Shown: positions 16,551 to 25,964, counted from the first letter of the stretch. The stretch: 32,000 nucleotides of DNA from Halomicronema hongdechloris C2206 (GCF_002075285.3 NZ_CP021983.2:1410001-1442000); one strand, 5' to 3'. Notes: generated from the sequence alone by a model not told the origin. Program-made: numbers and translations.

Positions 16551-16744
16551 GGAAGTAAGAAGGCAGAAGGCAGAAGGCAGAAAGGTCCATCGCATCCCTG
16601 CCGATGCGACGCGATCCATCACGACTCACCGATATGCCCTTCCGCAGGTCCAGGGCAGCGGTTCGACTCCGTTGCTCCTGTGGAGCCGCTTTGCGAACAC
16701 CACAAGCGGTTTGCCCTGGTCGTAGGGGTCCGGGGGAAGCGCGG
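16551..16744 (+). repeat. repeat-element copy A, 3'-truncated, with a 48-nt insertion in its central hairpin
   Basis: It starts GGAAGTAAGAAGGCAGAAGGCAGAAGGCAG. It shares the blocks CTGCCGATGCGACGCGATC (16598-16616), CCGCAGGTCCAGGGC and GCGGTTTGCCCTGGTCGTAGGGGTCCGGGGGAA with copies at 16745 and 27142. Confidence 0.7.
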
Positions 16745-16950
16745 AAAAGGCAGAAGTTAGAGGGCGGAAGGCAGAAAAGTCCATCGCCTCCTTGCCGATG
16801 CAACGCGATCTGGAACGACCAACCGACAGGCCCTTCCGCAGGTCCAGGGCGGCGGTTTGCCCTGGTCGTAGGGGTCCGGGGGAAGCGAAATTCCCCCGGG
16901 TGAGCACCCCGAGCTACACGATTAAGTGCAGTCTTATCGTGAGCCATCGC
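16745..16950 (+). repeat. repeat-element copy B, full length, directly abutting copy A
   Basis: It has the same conserved blocks (16789-16810, 16835-16850, 16851-16883). It also has the 3' blocks GAGCACCCCGAGCTAC and AGTCTTATC shared with copy C. Hairpins lie at 16844-16866 and 16876-16899. Confidence 0.7.
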
Positions 16951-17026
16951 CACCGAGCAACACGCCCTGCCAGCGTATCCAGAGTAGTAACCTACACAGG
17001 CTAAAGCCTGCACTACCCCCTCCCTG

Positions 17027-18541
17027 TTAGGGCAACCAGGGGAGCGGTCCCAAGCGATCCAGCCCCTGGCGCAGATAGCGATTGAGCCCACGGGCCAGTT
17101 GGATGTGGGGTTCATCGGGAATCACCGGCAGAATGTCGGCCGGTTGTCCCCGTTGATGGTGCTGAATCACCCGGTTGGCAGCCTCCAGGCCAGTGACATA
17201 GGCCTTTTCCTGGGACCAGGAGCCATGGCGGGTGACGATCCAATCGCCGCTCATGTAGACGTTGTCGAAGCTGGTGGTGCCGGGGAGGAGGTAGCGATAG
17301 CTGCCAGGGGCAAAGTGGGTTACCCCCTGGGCAATGCGGATGACGCTGTGATCGAGAATCTGGGCCTGGCCAAAGGCGGGAATGCAGCGGGCAAGGTCCC
17401 GTTTGACCAGGGGAATCAGCTCCTCGTCATCTAGAGGAAGTAGTTGGTTGGCATGGTAGAAATCGACCTCGACCACGGTGCCTGCAGCATCGCGGTACTG
17501 ATCGTGGAGGGCGTTGAGGTCGAAGAAGGTCCAGCCGGTGGTGGGGTGGAAGCCGAAACAAGCGTTGGAGGGATGGGGAATGGGAATGATGCGATCGCAC
17601 CACAGCCGCGTCGCCACCACATCGACGGCCCCCAAATTACTGACATCACGAAATTCCTGGCGACGGCGTAGGGCCGGACAATTGGCCACCAGCTTCTTCA
17701 TGCCAGTGATGCCCACGGCAAAGATCACGGCATCGGCCTCAAACACCTGATCGCCACAGACCACCCCGGTGATGCGATTATCGTGACCCGCCACCAGGTC
17801 ACTCACCCGATGATTCGCCAACAGGCGCCCCCCTGCCGCCTCGATGGCCTGCACCCAGGGCCGAAAGATGGTCTCCCCCACCGTGCCCCGACACCAACGC
17901 ACATCGAAATCCGGCTGGTGGGCCAGGATGAAATAATAGAGCATCCCCAGGGCGGCCGCCGCCGAGCACTGCTCCCCCGGGGCAAACAAGCCCACCAGTA
18001 GCATCGGTTCGAAAGAGTCCTGGTAGAGGCGGGCCGACACTCCATACTGGCGAAATAATTCCCGGGCAGTGATGCGATCGTAGGTTCGCCAGGCCCGGTC
18101 GGAATTGTCGAAGTCAATCAGCGCCTGCAGTAGCGGCAGGGCCGAGAGCCGATCCCACAGCGGTAACCGCTTAAAGTCCGTGTAGGCAAAGGTGCCCAGG
18201 GGACTGGGCAGATAGGGCATGGCCTGAAATAGGGGCGATTCCACCTCCAAGCCCTGGGGGGAATACTGGCCCGAGCGGGTCCAGGGCGTAAACGGCTGCA
18301 GGCCCAGATGATCGGTGAGGGCAAAAATATTGCGATAGGGATACCAGAACCCATGGATGCCCGCCTCCACCGGCCGCCCCTGGGCGGTTGTCCACCCGGC
18401 TACCAGACCACCAGGAGCCGCCCCTGCCTCTAGCAGTGTGACGTCATAACCCTGCCGGGCCAGATGGTAGGTGGCCCCCAACCCAGCCCAACCGGCTCCC
18501 ACCACCACGACCTTGGGCCTAGACGAGGAAGAATGAACCAT
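17027..18541 (-). CDS. FAD-dependent oxidoreductase of the amine-oxidase / PDS-ZDS-like family
   Basis: 504 aa. Dinucleotide-binding motif is KVVVVGAGWAGLGATYHLARQGYDVTLLEAGAAPGG. GIHGFWYPYRNIFAL resembles the desaturase-family GLHVFFGCY block. Confidence 0.8.
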   Translation of the reverse strand: MVHSSSSRPKVVVVGAGWAGLGATYHLARQGYDVTLLEAGAAPGGLVAGWTTAQGRPVEAGIHGFWYPYRNIFALTDHLGLQPFTPWTRSGQYSPQGLEVESPLFQAMPYLPSPLGTFAYTDFKRLPLWDRLSALPLLQALIDFDNSDRAWRTYDRITARELFRQYGVSARLYQDSFEPMLLVGLFAPGEQCSAAAALGMLYYFILAHQPDFDVRWCRGTVGETIFRPWVQAIEAAGGRLLANHRVSDLVAGHDNRITGVVCGDQVFEADAVIFAVGITGMKKLVANCPALRRRQEFRDVSNLGAVDVVATRLWCDRIIPIPHPSNACFGFHPTTGWTFFDLNALHDQYRDAAGTVVEVDFYHANQLLPLDDEELIPLVKRDLARCIPAFGQAQILDHSVIRIAQGVTHFAPGSYRYLLPGTTSFDNVYMSGDWIVTRHGSWSQEKAYVTGLEAANRVIQHHQRGQPADILPVIPDEPHIQLARGLNRYLRQGLDRLGPLPWLP

Positions 18542-18939
18542 GGCAATTTTCAGTGAATCGGGACATTGCTTAAGCTAACGAATTGAGATGGCAGCCAGCC
18601 CGCTGGAGGCGACCAGGTGGTCCCCATCCGTACTGCTGGACACCTGCTAGGAACAGTGCATTCATCCCCGCCTGAGCGGCAGCAGGCTGATGGTGCTGGC
18701 TGATGGTGCTGGCTGTCAAGGGGTGACAGCAGCGCCTCGATGCTAAGTGCATAGGGCAGAGATGCTCAGAGATAACACCTATTGCAATGGCTGTGGAGAC
18801 AAACGGCAACGGCTGCTGCGACTAGCAGCCTAATGCCCCCAGTTGGATGTACGGCAGGGCAGTACCTTGACCAATTTAATGGCCGTTCACAATAATCTGT
18901 CTAGCGACTCAAGGGTGTTGAGGTGAGTGAGGATCTATC

Positions 18940-21900
18940 ATGCCCGCTTCTTGCGGAAAGCTTTGCTATCGCCGTCTCATGGGCCCAGCAGTGGTGCTGG
19001 GCCTGGCTATTTTCCCAGGGCTGGCGGGGGTCCCAGCAGCCGCCCAGAGGCCTGAGGTAACCGAGGCCGAACGTCAATCCTTGGCAGAGACATCTGCAGC
19101 TGCTCAACTGCGGCGGCAGGGATTACAGGCCTTTTACCAGGGGCAGTTGCTGACGGCATTGGCCAGCCTAGAGCAGGCCTCGCAACAGTATCAAGCTGCC
19201 TCTGAGGCGGGGAAGCAGGCTGACGCTTGGGTTGCGATCGCACGCACCCAAGCCTGGTTAGAACGTCCCCAGCAGGCCCTCAGCCAGGCCCAGCAAGCGT
19301 TGGCCTACTACCGCGATGTTGGAGATCCCCTAGGGGAGGCCAAGACCCTGACAGTCTTGGGGTTGATCCATCGAACCGCAGGCGATGGCGAATCAGCGCA
19401 GCAGGCGCTAGAGGAGGCAATCGAATCATATCGATCCCTCGACACTCCCACTCAAGCAGGCATTGCCCAACTAGAACTCGCCGTCTTACAGATTCAGCAA
19501 GAGCAGTATCAAGCCGGATTAGACCGACTAAACCAAGGGTTAGCCCTGCTAGATGCTGCTGCTACTCCTGATGACCTAGCTCGCCTAGAAGCAGACTTTT
19601 ACCGCGGCTATACCTACGCTTGGATGGGCCGTGTCCATATAGCTCAGGGGCAACTTGACACCGCAATTACTCACCTTGAGCAAGCCATTACCATCGGCCA
19701 TGAGATTACTAATCCGGCCTTGCAGAGCACCGCCCTGATTCAGCTGGGCAATCTATTTCTGGACCAAGGTGAGCTTGACGCCACGGTCAGTCATTTACGC
19801 CAGGCCTTCGCCGTCACTAAGCGCCTGGAAAATTTACCGATCAAAGCCAAGCAGCAATTTCGAATCTTACAGGCCTATGCAAGCACCGCCCAAGAGTCCG
19901 CTGCCCAGGCACTAGCACAACTAGAAGATGGAGACGTGGCTGCCGCTCAGGCAGCGGCCAGGCAGGCCATTGACATAGCTCAACCGGCCATTGACCAGGC
20001 GCAGCCGGTCCTAAAGCTGGCTGACACCCTAGAATGGTCTGACGGCATGGTGCTGATTCACTCAGCCATAGCCCTGAACTACCAGGCCATGGGGCATGGA
20101 TATCACATGCTGGGGCGAGGTTACTCTGCAGAGGGACAATTACACGCCGATGCAGAGGCGCAAGCCAATGCCCTGGCCGCCTATCAGGCAGGAGTATCCT
20201 CTGCCCAAGCCGCCGTTGCAGTAGCCTCAGATGTAGATTCACAGTTCCAAGACCTGGCTAGCGGCATCGCCAAGCAGAGCCGCCTCAATGTTGCTCAGGC
20301 CCATGGAACCCTGGCTCAAGCCTACGAAGCCCTAGAGCAATACGATCAGGCGATTCAGCACTGGCAGCAAAATTTAGCGATATCTCAACAAATTGACGAT
20401 CCCGAGCGGCAGCAGCAGGTACTTTCAGGCCTCGCTAACGCCTACCACAGCTTGGGCGCACAGCATCAACAAGCTGGCCACTACGAGCAGGCGTTGGCAG
20501 CCTTTCAGCTGGGATTAGCGCATGCTCAGACCAGGGCAGAGGCGGCTCTCTCCTCAGGAGTAGACGCCGACTGGCAACAGCAGACACTATTCTCCCTGCT
20601 CTATTACGGCATCGCCAAGACCTACGCAGATCAATATCGCTACACCGAGGCGTTAGCGGTATACCAACAGCGATTATCTGTGATTCGGCAAACTGCCAGT
20701 CCTAGGCAGGAGTTTCTGGGGCTCATACCCATCGCCGAAGGTCATACCCGCCTCAGCCAGTACCATGAGGCCCTAGCGGTCGAGGAAGCCATGGTGGCCA
20801 TCGCCAATCAACTCGACGATGCCAAGCTAAGGCTCATCGCCCTGACCAGTCTGGCCAGCACCCATGGCGATCTGGGCAACTATGCAGAGGCGTCGGCCAT
20901 GTATGAACAGGCGTTACCCCTGGCCCGCAGCCAGGGTAGTCTGTCCTGGGAGTCAATCCTCTTCAATAACCAGGGCAGCATTCACACTAAGTTGGGAGAC
21001 TACGACAGCGCCCTAGCGGCCCATAACCAAGCCCTTGATTTGACCCGCGAGCTGCGGCGCCGCTTAGACACCCTCGAAACGGCAGAGCAGATCGATCGAC
21101 TGTGTTCCTATGTTCCTCTCAATGAGGCGGACGATGACGATGACTCCCTATCCCCAGATTTAGTTGCTCAGCAGCAACGGTTAGACACCACGCTACTAGA
21201 AGCAAAGCGTCAGGGTTGTATTGAGCTTACCTGGCATCTAGAGAGCACAACTCTTAACAATATAGCGTTGGTCTATGACAGCCAAGGGCGCTATCAAGAC
21301 GCCCTAACGCTTTATCAAAAATCTCTAGCTATTATCCGAAATCGCTTAAATGATAAAGACGGAGAAGCCATAGCTTTGGATAATATCGCTACGGTATATA
21401 CCAATCGCGGTAATTACCCCCAGGCTCTGGAGTTTCACCAGCAAGCCCTGACTATTCGCCAGGATATTGGTGACCGGGAAGACATTGCCCGTAGCCTCAA
21501 TAACATTGGCCAGATTTACTCTGAGCGAGGGCAATACCTAACGGCGTTAGACACCTTCAACCAAGCCCTGGATCTAGTCGAGGAGCTGCAGCTACGACCC
21601 CTGAAAAGCTCGGTACTCAACAATCTAGCCGGGGTTTACTCCAGCCAAGGAAACTACGACCGAGCCGAGGAGCTGTACCGAGATGCCCTCAAGCTAGATG
21701 CAGCCATGGGGCTTAAACCTAAAGAAGCCAATAGATTGCATAACCTGGGTCATCTCAGTTTCCAACGAGGGCAGTATACCGAAGCTATTGACTACGCCAA
21801 ACAATCTCTAGCCATTTTCCAAGAGATTGGTGAACGTTCCAATGAAGCTACTGGTTTGAATAATCTGGGCACCTACTACCGAGCCCAGGGCAACTATACC

Positions 21901-24129
21901 GAAACCCTTGAGGCGCAGCAGCAGGCCCTCGCCATCGCTCAGGAGATTGATAATCGTAAAAATACAGCCTATGCTCTAGTGCAACTGGGCAACACCTACA
22001 GCGCCTTAGGTCAGTATGACCAAGCCCTCGCCTATATCCAGCAAGCGCTAGAGTTGTTTCGGATTATGGGCGATCGCAAGGGGGAGTCAGGCGCTCTCAG
22101 CAGTCAAGGGAATATCTACCGGCAGCAGGATACTCCGGAGCAAGCCCTGCAAGCCTATGAACACGCTCTAGCCATCGATCGCGCCATTGGCGATGTGGCT
22201 GGCGAAAGCTATGACCTACAGCGCATTGGCTTCGTGCAAGAGCGCCTGGGCAATTACGCGGCGGCTGAGTCAAGCTTCAAGCAGGCCCTCGAGATTCAAC
22301 AGCGCATCGGTGCCCAAGGCCGCATGGCCACCAGTTGGCTGGGGCTAGGGGTGATCGCTGCCGCCCAAAACCAGCCAGAGGCCCTAGACTGGCTGCAGCA
22401 GGCCCTGCTACGCTATCGCGACCTGGGCGCTCGCCCCAATCAGGCCCAAACGCTGGCTGAGATTGGGCAGATTCTAGCCCAGCAAGAGCAGCCTGAACTT
22501 GCCATTGTCTTTCTCAAAGAAGCTGTCGAGGTGCAGGAGTCCATTCGCGGTCAGTTGGGCGGCCTCGATCCAGAACTACAGCAGTCCTATACCCGCACCA
22601 TCGCCGATGATTATCGCCTCCTAGCCGATCTGCTATTGCAACAGAACCGGATACCGGAAGCACAGCAAGTGCTGGATTTACTCAAGGTGCAAGAGTTGGA
22701 TGAGTATTTCCACGACTTGCAGCGCAATGCTCAGACCGCAGCTGGCGTCAACTTTTGGCAGGTGGAAACAGACCTGTTGGCTCTCTACGACCAGGTCCTG
22801 GCCCAGACCGCCGAACTAGAGCGCCTCACGGCGATTCCTCCTGATGCTCGTACCTCGGCCCAACAGCAGCGACTGGAAGAATTACGGACATTACGTGACC
22901 AGGCCGAAGGTTGGTTCTATGCCTTCCTGGATGATCCTGAGGTGCAGGCCACTGTTAATCGCATTCGCAGCCGCACCCGCGGTCAAAACTTAGAGCCTGA
23001 CAACCTACGAGACTTGGTCAACAATCTGCAGCGCCTGCCCCAAAAGACCGCAGTGCTCTATCCCCTGATTCTGGAGGAGCGCTTAGAGTTAGTGCTAGTG
23101 CTGCCCGAGGGACCACCGCTGCGCTATCCGGTAGCGGTGTCGTCAGCAGAACTAAATCGGGCCATCGTGGCCTTTGGCCAAGCCCTAAAGTCCCCCACCA
23201 GCGACATTGAGCCCCTGGCACAGCAACTCTACGGCTGGCTGATGGCTCCCCTAGCTGAGCAATTGCAACAGGCGGGCATCGAATCGATTATCTATGCCCC
23301 CGATGGCCCCTTACGCTACATCCCGCTAGCCGCTCTGCACGACGGCGAGCAATACGTGGCTCGGCGCTTTAGCATCAGCCACATTACGGCTGCCTCCCTG
23401 AGTGATCTGAATCTGCAGCCTCAACAGCAGCAGCGGCCCTTACTGGCAGCAGCCTGTGCCGAGTGTAGTTTTACGGTCGACGTGGGAGAGCAGACCTTTA
23501 CCTTCAGCGATTTGCCTGCCACTGCCACTGAGGTGCAGTTGCTTGAGCAGCAGATGGAATCGGTAGAGGTGCTGCTCAATCAGGCCTTTACCCCTGCCAT
23601 CATGGAGGAATCGACCCGTTATGGCATTGTCCATTTGGCCACCCATGCTGCCTTCGTCAACGGTGCCCCGACTAAATCCTTCATTCTCTTTGGGAATGGC
23701 GATATCGTTAATCTGCAAACCATAGACCGTCAATGGCAGCTAGAGAATACTGAACTAGTGGTGCTCAGTGCCTGTGAAACGGCTGTGGGCAGTACTGATC
23801 TAGGCAGTGGGATAGAAATTCTCGGCCTGGGCTATCGCCTAGAGCAGGCTGGAGCCCAAGCTACCCTGGCCTCTCTCTGGAAGGTTAGCGATGGGGGTAC
23901 CCAGGTGTTGATGAACGCGTTCTATGCAGCCTTGCGGCAAGGCCTCACTAAAGCCGACGCCTTGCAACAGGCGCAGGTGGCCCTATTGACCAATGACTTA
24001 GACTCGCTGGGAATCGAGCGTGGCACCATTGAGATCATCGGCACCGCCACGGGCCGTCCTATCAAGCGATCGTCCCTTAGCCACCCCTACTATTGGGCAC
24101 CGTTTATTCTCATCGGCAATGGCCTATAG
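18940..24129 (+). CDS. giant TPR-repeat protein with a C-terminal CHAT (caspase-like) protease domain
   Basis: 1729 aa. The alternative start at 18979 gives a signal-like N-terminus MGPAVVLGLAIFPGLAGVPAAAQ. It has more than 20 TPR-like units (for example LNNIGQIYSERGQYLTALDTFNQAL). The CHAT dyad is HLATHAAF (His codon 23644-23646) and VVLSACETA (Cys codon 23773-23775). Confidence 0.85.
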   Translation: MPASCGKLCYRRLMGPAVVLGLAIFPGLAGVPAAAQRPEVTEAERQSLAETSAAAQLRRQGLQAFYQGQLLTALASLEQASQQYQAASEAGKQADAWVAIARTQAWLERPQQALSQAQQALAYYRDVGDPLGEAKTLTVLGLIHRTAGDGESAQQALEEAIESYRSLDTPTQAGIAQLELAVLQIQQEQYQAGLDRLNQGLALLDAAATPDDLARLEADFYRGYTYAWMGRVHIAQGQLDTAITHLEQAITIGHEITNPALQSTALIQLGNLFLDQGELDATVSHLRQAFAVTKRLENLPIKAKQQFRILQAYASTAQESAAQALAQLEDGDVAAAQAAARQAIDIAQPAIDQAQPVLKLADTLEWSDGMVLIHSAIALNYQAMGHGYHMLGRGYSAEGQLHADAEAQANALAAYQAGVSSAQAAVAVASDVDSQFQDLASGIAKQSRLNVAQAHGTLAQAYEALEQYDQAIQHWQQNLAISQQIDDPERQQQVLSGLANAYHSLGAQHQQAGHYEQALAAFQLGLAHAQTRAEAALSSGVDADWQQQTLFSLLYYGIAKTYADQYRYTEALAVYQQRLSVIRQTASPRQEFLGLIPIAEGHTRLSQYHEALAVEEAMVAIANQLDDAKLRLIALTSLASTHGDLGNYAEASAMYEQALPLARSQGSLSWESILFNNQGSIHTKLGDYDSALAAHNQALDLTRELRRRLDTLETAEQIDRLCSYVPLNEADDDDDSLSPDLVAQQQRLDTTLLEAKRQGCIELTWHLESTTLNNIALVYDSQGRYQDALTLYQKSLAIIRNRLNDKDGEAIALDNIATVYTNRGNYPQALEFHQQALTIRQDIGDREDIARSLNNIGQIYSERGQYLTALDTFNQALDLVEELQLRPLKSSVLNNLAGVYSSQGNYDRAEELYRDALKLDAAMGLKPKEANRLHNLGHLSFQRGQYTEAIDYAKQSLAIFQEIGERSNEATGLNNLGTYYRAQGNYTETLEAQQQALAIAQEIDNRKNTAYALVQLGNTYSALGQYDQALAYIQQALELFRIMGDRKGESGALSSQGNIYRQQDTPEQALQAYEHALAIDRAIGDVAGESYDLQRIGFVQERLGNYAAAESSFKQALEIQQRIGAQGRMATSWLGLGVIAAAQNQPEALDWLQQALLRYRDLGARPNQAQTLAEIGQILAQQEQPELAIVFLKEAVEVQESIRGQLGGLDPELQQSYTRTIADDYRLLADLLLQQNRIPEAQQVLDLLKVQELDEYFHDLQRNAQTAAGVNFWQVETDLLALYDQVLAQTAELERLTAIPPDARTSAQQQRLEELRTLRDQAEGWFYAFLDDPEVQATVNRIRSRTRGQNLEPDNLRDLVNNLQRLPQKTAVLYPLILEERLELVLVLPEGPPLRYPVAVSSAELNRAIVAFGQALKSPTSDIEPLAQQLYGWLMAPLAEQLQQAGIESIIYAPDGPLRYIPLAALHDGEQYVARRFSISHITAASLSDLNLQPQQQQRPLLAAACAECSFTVDVGEQTFTFSDLPATATEVQLLEQQMESVEVLLNQAFTPAIMEESTRYGIVHLATHAAFVNGAPTKSFILFGNGDIVNLQTIDRQWQLENTELVVLSACETAVGSTDLGSGIEILGLGYRLEQAGAQATLASLWKVSDGGTQVLMNAFYAALRQGLTKADALQQAQVALLTNDLDSLGIERGTIEIIGTATGRPIKRSSLSHPYYWAPFILIGNGL

Positions 24130-24329
24130 TCTGGCATTGGATAGGCTCGCATCTGCGATAGCTTTAATGCTTATGTCACCCTACGATCGTCTCATTAGCC
24201 TTCTCTTGCTGAGCCTGATGACTGCGTGCGCCCCTCACGGACAGCCCTCTGGAGCTCCCACCGATACTCCTGGCTCCGTGTCTCCAAGGGCTGTGGTGCC
24301 GGGAGTCAATAGCTTCGATCTTGATGAGC

Positions 24330-24524
24330 TCAGCGGGCGTGGCTGTGGCATGATCCTACGTCGCGCCGAGAGTGAGCCTCGTCAGGGATATGTGCGGCGG
24401 GATAGTCCTTACCCCGCAAAAAGTAGACGCCACCGATGACCCGACCATTCCCAATCAACGGGGCCACCAGGCCGTGCTCAAGCCCATAGGGACGAAACAG
24501 CTGCTGATAGAGCGGGCTCTGGTG
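24330..24524 (-). pseudogene. possible GAF-domain gene fragment with no start codon, bounded by stops
   Basis: The minus-strand frame reads HQSPLYQQLFRPYGLEHGLVAPLIGNGRVIGGVYFLRGKDYPAAHIPDE. This resembles the C-terminal strands of GAF domains (xPLxxxGRVIGxxxxxR). It is preceded by an in-frame TAG and lacks a Met. Confidence 0.25.
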
Positions 24525-24615
24525 CTATGCTGGCAATGATTGTATCGATAGGGTGTGCCCGGAATGTCGGGACTGCTGTAGGTGGCAGTGACTGAAACTT
24601 GGCTGGAGTTGCAGA

Positions 24616-25398
24616 TTATCTTTGTTGGCGATACCAGCGCCCCAGGGTGGTGGGGGCAATGCCCAGGAGATAGCCCCCAATCATGACTTGATTAATCAAG
24701 GTGGTGCGGCAGGTGCCCAGAGTCTGCCAGCGGCGACCTGAGGTCAGCACCGCAGCCGGGGCCATGGCGATGCGGCCCTGACGCCGCAGTCGGCGCACCA
24801 GCTCAAAGTCTTCCATGATCGGCAAGTCGCGAAAGCCGCCTAGCTCTCGGAAACGATCTGCCCTCAGGAACAGGGCTTGATCGCCATAGGGCAGTTGCAG
24901 CAGCTGCGATCGCAGCTTCACGCCCCATTCCACCCAGCGCAATCCCCAGCCCGATCCCTGGATCGCCAGCTCAAAGGCCCCGGCCACCACCCGCGGTTGC
25001 GTCAGCGTGGCTGGCACTAGCTGCTCAAATCCCTGGGGCAGCCAGGTATCGGCGTGGAGAAACAACAGAACCTTCCCCCGGGCCATGGCTGCCCCTCGAT
25101 TCATCTGCCGCGCCCGTCCTGGGGGCGACGCCACCACCTGCACCTGGGCTGCCCGGGCCACGGCCACCGTGTCGTCTTGACTGCCCCCATCGGCCACGAT
25201 CACCTCCACCTGGGCAGCGGCCTGCACAGTTTTCAGCAGGGGTGGCAGATTAGTGGCCTCATTCAAGGTGGGGATGATGACCGAAATCAGGGGCCTAGAA
25301 GAATCGGCAGCCGTCAAGGGGAAGGCGTCGACAGAATTTGGTTGCAAATGTCTAAATCCTCTGGGGTATCCACATCGGTGAGGGAGCGCAGTTGCCAA
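24616..25398 (-). CDS. family-2 glycosyltransferase (TIGR04283-like partner of the DUF2064 protein)
   Basis: ISVIIPTLNEATNLPPLL ... VIVADGGSQDDT is a GT-A/GT2 signature. The ATG at 25398 overlaps the upstream gene by 85 nt. An alternative TTG at 25318 would overlap the upstream TGA (25316-25314) by 1 nt (TTGA). Confidence 0.75.
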   Translation of the reverse strand: MATALPHRCGYPRGFRHLQPNSVDAFPLTAADSSRPLISVIIPTLNEATNLPPLLKTVQAAAQVEVIVADGGSQDDTVAVARAAQVQVVASPPGRARQMNRGAAMARGKVLLFLHADTWLPQGFEQLVPATLTQPRVVAGAFELAIQGSGWGLRWVEWGVKLRSQLLQLPYGDQALFLRADRFRELGGFRDLPIMEDFELVRRLRRQGRIAMAPAAVLTSGRRWQTLGTCRTTLINQVMIGGYLLGIAPTTLGRWYRQQR

Positions 25399-25964
25399 TG
25401 ACTAAGTCCCAGCTGCTCGGCGGCGGCGACCGTCTGTTGATGCACTGCCGCCGTACTCCAGGGTATCCCCTGAAATAACGCGGCGACGGCTCGCTGTAGG
25501 CCAATTAGGTAATAGCCGCCATCGGTGGCCGGCCCCAACACCAGCTCGTGGTGATCCAGGGCGCGAAAGCCCTGATTTAACAGAGAGCTATCCAGCTGCG
25601 GACAATCGGTGCCGATGGCGATGACCCGGCGATAGCCTTGGGCAAAGGCGGCTTCAAAAGCCCAATGCAATCGGTATCCCAGATCGCCCTCAGGCTGGAG
25701 GCAATAGTCGATATTGGCTCCTAACCAGGCTGTCATGGCGGCGGCATCTGCCCCGGTAAACCACAGCGTAATCGATAGGGGTCGATACCGGCTCAGGGCA
25801 CGACCTTGGGCCAGGGTATGCTCGGCCAGTCGGCGATAGAGGTCACTGGCGGCCACAGGACCAAGGGCCGGAATCAAACGGGTTTTGACCTGGCCCGGCT
25901 GGGGATAACGGGCAAAGATCAACAGGCAGTCTTGGCCAGTAGAGCTGGAATCAGCGGATGACAT
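25314..25964 (-). CDS. DUF2064 / TIGR04282-like glycosyltransferase-fold protein
   Basis: CLLIFARYPQPGQVKTRLIPALG is the hallmark N-terminal motif of DUF2064 proteins. I prefer the ATG at 25964 over the TTG at 26024 in the track. Confidence 0.75.
   Translation of the reverse strand: MSSADSSSTGQDCLLIFARYPQPGQVKTRLIPALGPVAASDLYRRLAEHTLAQGRALSRYRPLSITLWFTGADAAAMTAWLGANIDYCLQPEGDLGYRLHWAFEAAFAQGYRRVIAIGTDCPQLDSSLLNQGFRALDHHELVLGPATDGGYYLIGLQRAVAALFQGIPWSTAAVHQQTVAAAEQLGLSHWQLRSLTDVDTPEDLDICNQILSTPSP

Noticed and set aside
16471-17115. A 214-aa minus-strand ORF, and shorter ORFs (16604-16903 +, 16626-16907 -, 16792-17004 +), spanning the pstA-oxidoreductase gap.
   Set aside because: They read through the tandem repeat-element copies and overlap the ends of both flanking genes. 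The peptide similarity between copies simply reflects nucleotide repetition.
18570-18809. A 79-aa minus-strand ORF, a 13-nt tandem duplication (GCTGATGGTGCTG x2, about 18676-18705) and the hairpin GGCTGCT-GCGACT-AGCAGCC in the oxidoreductase/CHAT divergent intergenic region.
   Set aside because: The ORF has no motif or RBS and sits in a promoter region. The duplication and hairpin are short, and no known regulatory or RNA family is recognisable.
24020-24439. A 139-aa plus-strand ORF overlapping the end of the CHAT gene.
   Set aside because: The first 33 codons are an alternative frame of the CHAT C-terminus. Only the part from 24167 has a plausible lipoprotein-like signal, and its distal half looks like antisense of a GAF fragment. 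I kept it only as a low-interest finding.
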